Below are positions 35,681 to 37,218 of a stretch of DNA of 37,218 nt, piece by piece. The DNA is taken from the IMG/VR virus record IMGVR_UViG_3300031576_001299, positions 1 to 37,218 of that record; one strand, given 5' to 3'. Below the pieces are notes generated by a model. It was not told where the DNA came from, made no database searches, and saw only the letters and a list, made by a program, of their open reading frames with translations. The position numbers and the translations under genes were made by a program. Each line of letters opens with the position of its first letter. Position 1 is the stretch's first letter. The stretch comes from a virus (taxonomy: Duplodnaviria; Caudoviricetes).

Positions 35681-36766
35681 ATGATCGTCCGACTCCGCAA
35701 CAAGAACTCCCAGCCGCGACGCCGCGCCCGCCGCTACATCGCACGCGCGACGGAGCTCTCCCCACCAGAAGAGGTCTGGGACGAGCTCATCGACGCGCTC
35801 GGCGAGCTCCCCGACGAAGAGTTCGTCAGCGCGATGATCTTCCTGCCGCTCCCCGCCGACCTCACCAACCAGCTCACCATCGATAGTGGGCTCGAGCCGG
35901 CGGAGATGCATGTGACGGTCTGCTACCTGCAGCTACGGCCTGGCGACTTCCATGCGGGCATGCGGCTCGCCGGCGTCGCGATGCGCGCCGCGCTCGGCGA
36001 GTATCCGTTCCTCGCGAAGATCACCGGCACCGCGATCTTCCAGCCCGACGAGCCCGGCATCGACCCGGCCGCGGCCGCGGTCGCGCTCGTCGACTCGCCC
36101 GGCCTCGAAGACCTCCGCCGCCACGTCCGTGAGGCGCTCGACGACGCCGGCCTGCCCTGCGCGTTGAACCACGGGTTCCTGCCGCATGTCACCTTGGCCC
36201 GCGGGCCGCTCGACCTGCTCGAGGCCCTCCCTCCGCTCGACGTCGCCGCGCTTGGTGACCGTGCGGCGTGGTTGGTGGAGTCGATCGGCGTCGCGGTCGG
36301 CGAGTTCGTCGCGCACTACCCGCTCCTCGCCGCGCACACCCCGGTCGACGGTGATGACGAGCCGTACTACCGGCTCGCGCTCGCCAAGGCCGACGACGTC
36401 CGCCGCTACACGCTCGCGCCGCTCTACGCGCCGGGTTCGCTCGACACGCACGACGAGTGGATGACCGCCGACGACCTGCAGGACGCGGTGTGGGACTACG
36501 TCCGTGCTGGTGACCGTGCCGTGCGGCTGCAGCACATGGGCGACGTCGTCGCCGGCGAGATGGTCGAGATCGTGCAGTGGCCGTTCGAGGTCCGTTGTGT
36601 CATGCGCTCCGGCGACGGCACCGAGACCGAGGTGATCGTGCCTCCGAACACGATCTGGCAGGGGACCGTCTGGACACCGTGGGCCTACGACGGTGTGCTC
36701 AAGGGCTGGATCAACGGCCTGTCGCTCGGCGGTTTCGCGGCACGGATCCCCGACCTGGGTCCGTAG
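35681..36766 (+). CDS. 2H phosphoesterase fused to an XkdF-like prohead serine protease
   Basis: MHVTVCY and LPHVTLA (two HxT motifs); YTLAPLYAPGSLDTHDEW, RLQH, GWINGLSLGG. Confidence 0.8.
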   Translation: MIVRLRNKNSQPRRRARRYIARATELSPPEEVWDELIDALGELPDEEFVSAMIFLPLPADLTNQLTIDSGLEPAEMHVTVCYLQLRPGDFHAGMRLAGVAMRAALGEYPFLAKITGTAIFQPDEPGIDPAAAAVALVDSPGLEDLRRHVREALDDAGLPCALNHGFLPHVTLARGPLDLLEALPPLDVAALGDRAAWLVESIGVAVGEFVAHYPLLAAHTPVDGDDEPYYRLALAKADDVRRYTLAPLYAPGSLDTHDEWMTADDLQDAVWDYVRAGDRAVRLQHMGDVVAGEMVEIVQWPFEVRCVMRSGDGTETEVIVPPNTIWQGTVWTPWAYDGVLKGWINGLSLGGFAARIPDLGP

Positions 36767-36868
36767 GAATATTCCTGGCGCGTAGCACCCGGAATATTTG
36801 ACGGGGGGTCGCGCCACCCTGCCGCGTTCGTTGTCTCGCGTCCCAGGGTTTGGACGATTGCGCCGACG

Positions 36869-36886
36869 AACCACATGCGTGTGGTC
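36869..36886 (+). promoter_or_regulatory. ACCACA-N4-TGTGGT element before the scaffold gene
   Basis: AACCACATGCGTGTGGTC, 11 nt before the GTG. Confidence 0.6.
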
Positions 36887-36897
36887 TGATCCTGCTC

Positions 36898-37218
36898 GTG
36901 CGGAAGGCCAATCTCCTCGCCCGGCCGACGATCAAGGAAACGTCGGGTGTCGATCACCCGGCGAATTCGTCTCAGGTCGGCGGCGAGGGATGGGTCGTCA
37001 TGAAAGCCGACGGGACTCCCGTCGCGACCGTGGAGGGTGCTGTGGGCGCCGACGTCGCTCAGCTCGAGACCGATCTCGCGAAGTCCGACGAGGACCTCGA
37101 GACCGCCAATGCCCGGATCGCCGAGCTCGAGAGCGAGCTCGAAGCGGCCAAGACGCCTGTCGTCGTCGAAGACACGACCGCCGCCGCCGCTGACGGTGGT
37201 GGTGACGACGACGCGTTG
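36898..37218 (+). CDS. Capsid scaffolding protein (partial; runs off the window; not in the ORF track)
   Basis: MRKANLLARPTIKETSGVDHPAN...EGWVVMKA followed by an acidic coiled coil; open to the window end. Confidence 0.65.
   Translation, partial: MRKANLLARPTIKETSGVDHPANSSQVGGEGWVVMKADGTPVATVEGAVGADVAQLETDLAKSDEDLETANARIAELESELEAAKTPVVVEDTTAAAADGGGDDDAL

Larger units (their letters stand above)
3246..37218. mobile_element. Prophage or phage-derived element; left boundary approximate, continues past the window end
   Basis: Switch region, replication, terminase, lysis, portal, MuF, protease and scaffold genes; dense co-directional ORFs with overlapping start/stop codons. Confidence 0.9.

Noticed and set aside
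36798-36830. TTGACG as a complete sigma70 promoter
   Set aside because: No TAnnnT hexamer at 16-18 nt spacing.

Overview
Very GC-rich window that looks actinobacterial. About 3.2 kb of host genes (two alpha/beta hydrolases and a nitronate monooxygenase) are followed by the left ~34 kb of a temperate prophage or phage-derived element. In order it carries: an XRE/HTH switch with divergent sigma70-type promoters; a replication gene with internal iterons; many small accessory genes; a DUF5131 protein; an MTase-like/TerS-like fusion; a terminase large subunit split into ATPase and nuclease genes 3.5 kb and 11 ORFs apart; lysis genes; a GH16; a peptide deformylase; a long repeat-containing fibre protein; a portal; MuF fused to an ADP-ribosyltransferase; a 2H phosphoesterase fused to an XkdF-like prohead protease; and the start of a scaffold gene. 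Two dispersed palindromic motif families mark different gene sets. GTA-N11-TAC (8-9 copies) lies mostly before accessory genes, and ACCACA-N4-nGTrGT (5 copies) lies before packaging and virion genes. Several accessory genes are broken while the virion genes are intact. No integrase, capsid gene, tRNA, rRNA or CRISPR array is visible. All calls come from motif recognition by eye; no searches were run.
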